Source of the DNA: Entomortierella parvispora E1425
Lineage: Eukaryota; Fungi; Mortierellomycota
Length of the DNA stretch: 64,000 nt
Assembly (NCBI GenBank): GCA_020891255.1
Contig: BQFW01000013.1
Coordinates: forward strand, 1,674,001-1,738,000
Reading direction: 5' to 3'
The notes beneath the pieces were generated by a model. The model was not told the origin of the DNA. It saw only the letters and a list, made by a program, of their open reading frames with translations, and did not search any database. Of this stretch, positions 60,424 to 64,000 are shown one piece after another. The number at the start of each line of letters is the position of its first letter. The stretch's first letter is position 1. The position numbers and the translations under genes were made by a program.

Positions 60424-63400
60424 TTACATGTGGCCCTCATCTACAATGGGGTACGACTTGATTCCCCAGATATCATCGGCGTACTCCTTGACAGAGCGAT
60501 CACTAGTGAACAGAACATGATGGAAACCAAAAGTCAGGAAAATCATTGAACAACTGCCCTGCAACATGCACACTCATTCAAAGAAAAGTGGAGGCAAGAT
60601 ACTTACGACGAGAATTTGCCCATGTTGGCGGTGCAGCGAATACTCTTCTTGGACCATTCTTCTTGGTTCTTGTAAGCCGTATCAACGGCTTGGTTGGCCG
60701 CGATATAGGAGGCAAAGTCAGCCGAGATCAGGTAAAAGTCCTTTCCAACAGTCAAGGTGCTGATCAAGGGCTGGAAGATCTTTGGATCCTCAAACACACC
60801 CTTCTCAATAGCAGAGATCACACCCTGGAGAGCAGGGTCCATGGGCACACCACGGTATCTATGAATTAGGAAAAATCACAAGGAGCAATACGGACCGGTA
60901 AGAATCTTTTCAAACGACATAACCTTGCAGCTTCCATTTCATTCTCTTCACGTCATTACCTCTGAGCGTGACGAAGGTCCTCGACTTCATGAGCGAGGCA
61001 TCCAAAGATAAAGATGTTCTCCTCGCCAATCTCCTCCAAGATCTCAATGTTGGCTCCGTCCATGGTTCCGATAATCAGACCTCCGTTCAAGACAAACTTC
61101 ATGTTTGAAGTTCCCGAAGCCTCAGTTCCGGCAGTGGAAATGTGCTAAATGAGAAAAAGGTAAAAAAACCCACAGTCAGTACAGTATGAAAAATGAAGGT
61201 TGAAGTAGTAATAGTAGCATTCGCCGTCTGATATGTTCCTTACCTGAGAAATGTCACTGGCTGGGACAATAACCTCGGCAACCGACACGTTGTAATCGGG
61301 GATGAAGACGACTTTCAAAAGATCACCCACAGCAGGGTCCTGGTTGACAACAGCAGCCACGCTGTTGATCAACTTGATCACCAACTTGGCAATGTAGTAA
61401 CCAGGGGCGGCCTTGCCTCCAAAGATAACCACGCGAGGCTGAACGCTAGCCTTCTGGGAGGCGGTCATGGACTTGATGGTGCGGTAACGGTGAATAACAC
61501 TAACGAAAGAAACATTGTTGCAAGTAAGCTTAAAAAAGTCGCAATAAGATACGCTTTTCAAGCACAAACCATCGCACTTACGCCAAGATGTTCATGAACT
61601 GACGCTTGTACTCGTGAATACGCTTGACCTGGACATCAAAGAGAGCATCGGGGCTGACCTCGACGTTGCAGCGGATCTTGATCAGCTCTGCCAAGCGGAC
61701 CTTGTTGTGGCGCTTGATCGCCATCCAGCTCTTTCTGAACTCTGCATTATCAATCTTGGTCGTCAGTTTCTTCAAAAGCGAAAGATCCTTGAGCCACTTG
61801 TCACTGCCGAGGGTGTCTGAGATCAATTTGCTCAACTTAGGGTTGGCTTGGTGCAACCAGCGACGAGGCGTGATTCCGTTAGTCTTGTTGACAAATTTGT
61901 CCTCTCCATAGTAGTCCACAAAGTCCTTGAAGATCTGGATGAGGGAGGAAGGAAAAAAAAGAATTGGTGATCAGAAATCGGCCGGTAACAATTATGAGCT
62001 CAGGAAACGCATGATATAGTATTCACTTACCGTAGTCTTGATGAGGTTAGAGTGAAGAGCAGCGACTCCATTGACCTTGTGCGAACCAACGACGGCCAAG
62101 TGGGCCATGCGGATCTGCTGAGGCTGAGCCTCCTCTATGATGGACATGCGGTTCAACAATCCACGGTCGTTGGGGAACTTCTTCTCAACCTTCTGCAAGA
62201 AGAACTGTTGATGTGATTACGGTGAGAACAGAAAAAATAGTTAGATTGGCCGTTAAATAAGCGTCCCATTTGAGAGAAGAAAAACAGTAAAAGGATGTAT
62301 GTCACCTACCAAGTTGATATCAAAGATGATTTGCAAGTGTCTGGGCAACAGGTACTCAAACATGGGAACGGACCACTTCTCCATGGCCTCAGGAAGGACA
62401 GTGTGGTTGGTAAAGGCAAAAGTCTTTGTCACAATCTCCCAAGCATCGTCCCAGCTGAGCATCTCCTCGTCCACAAGGAGACGCTGGAGTTCAACGATAG
62501 CAAGCGTAGGGTGGGTGTCTAAACATGCATATTGATAGAGTTAGGAGGCCGCTTACAAAAGATCCTGATGAGCAGATCAGAAGGACTCACCATTGAGCTG
62601 AATGGCAACCTGATCGGGGAAGTCGGACCATTCGCGCCTCGACTTCTTGAAGCGACGAACTCTATGAGTTTTTTAGAGGGTCAAAGCGGATCGTGTTAGA
62701 GTTAAGGCAAACGTACTGGTCTTTTCCCGGTCTTCAAACTCAAACTTACATATCGTGGAGAGAGGCGGCAGTCCAGAAGTATTGCTGCTTCAAGCGAAGT
62801 TCCTTTCCAGCCATAGTGTTGTCGTTGGGGTACAGGACACTGGTGATCTTCTCGGCATTCGTGGCGTCCTCAACCGACTTTTCGTAGTTGCCCTCGTTGA
62901 AGCTGGTCAAATCAAAAGTCTTGGTGGGCTTACTGCGCCAGAGACGAATGTTGTTGCAGTTCTCAGTGTCATATCCGGGGATAGGCACGTCGTACGCAAT
63001 GGCCTGGACACTCTGTGCGGGGATCCAGTTATGGCGGGTCACACCGTATTCGTCTTGAATGCTCTGGACATGACCACCGAAAGAGATCTGGATCGAGATA
63101 TCCAAACGAGGTAATTCCCAAGGGTTGTCAAAGTTCAGCCAGTAATCAGGGTACTCTGTCTGGTAGCCATCAACGATTCTGAAGCAGGCAAATGAAATAA
63201 CGAGATGAGTAATAGTAGCCTAAATTAAATTGAACCATCGAGTAAAAACATAGTACACGTAGGACCAGAGGAGGGAGAGTAATTGTGATATGAACTTGCC
63301 TCTGCTGGAAGATACCATAGTTGTATCGGAGACCATAGCCCCAAGCGGGATAGTCAAGCGTGGCCAAAGAGTCCATGTAACAGGCGGCCAAACGTCCGAG

Positions 63401-63690
63401 ACCTCCGTTACCAAGGGCTGCATCGACCTCAGACTCAATCACGTCTTCCATGTTGAAGCCAAGTTGCTCAACACCCTCTATTAGGATTTGGCTCCATGTT
63501 AGTTCACCACAATTCCGTGTTTTTTCAATCGACTGAACTCGTTATTCGGGTGAAGAGTTTTGGGTTCTTACTGCCATAAGTGCCCTTGAGGCCCATATTG
63601 AGCAAAGCATTGTCCATGGATCGACCAAGCAAGAACTCGAGCGACAAGTAGTAGACACGCTTAGGATCGGCCTTGGAGAGTTGCTATGGA
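60424..63690 (-). CDS. GPH1: Glycogen phosphorylase, multi-exon; 5' exons lie beyond the window
   Basis: [73 protein letters not shown]; C-terminus [15 protein letters not shown]. Confidence 0.95.
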
Positions 63691-64000
63691 CAGCCAATCA
63701 TTCATGAAGTGCGATGAAGAAGAAGAAAAAAAATAAGGGATGGAGGGTGAGCCCTGACTGTTCCTTTGATCGAAAGAAAAAGAACCAGGTGGCCGCATGG
63801 GCCTATCCTCAGTTGAGCATTGGTCGCGATATTTTTTCCAAAGCGAGGCGCCATTGTTTCCTTGTGGTTCTCTTCTCCCATCCCCCCACATAACCTTCAA
63901 TTCTGATGTTGGGGTGGAACAGTGACGAGGTCCATTGGTGCACCCAAAGTGTGCGCCCTTTTTTTTCTTTTCTCTCCCTTTTCCCACAAAACAAGAAGTA

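Overview
Intron-rich fungal genomic DNA. The gene content suggests an early-diverging fungus, probably Mortierellaceae (inference). Host genes: a Rax1-like RGS membrane protein, a MetX-like alpha/beta hydrolase, a UBXN4-like protein, a GT61-like glycosyltransferase, four clustered small secreted proteins, a DUF4536 protein, ISY1, a receptor-like pseudokinase and a 5'-truncated glycogen phosphorylase. Two accessory blocks (8.8-19.9 kb and 34.4-49.6 kb) are packed with mobile DNA. The highlight is a tail-to-tail pair of very large (about 1,580-1,590 aa), spliceosomal-intron-containing Fanzor/TnpB-like RuvC nucleases. One copy is intact and the other has a single nonsense codon. They share intron positions, a degenerate OTU-like N-terminal domain, an extra Zn motif and a candidate omega-RNA at their 3' ends. 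The blocks also hold a decayed Crypton recombinase head-to-head with one Fanzor, a third Fanzor-family relic, a PIN/FEN1-like relic and a LINE-like relic. An intact Ty3/Gypsy element with apparently identical LTRs is inserted 15 bp upstream of tRNA-Ser(AGA). All exon structures and homologies were read by eye; no searches were run.
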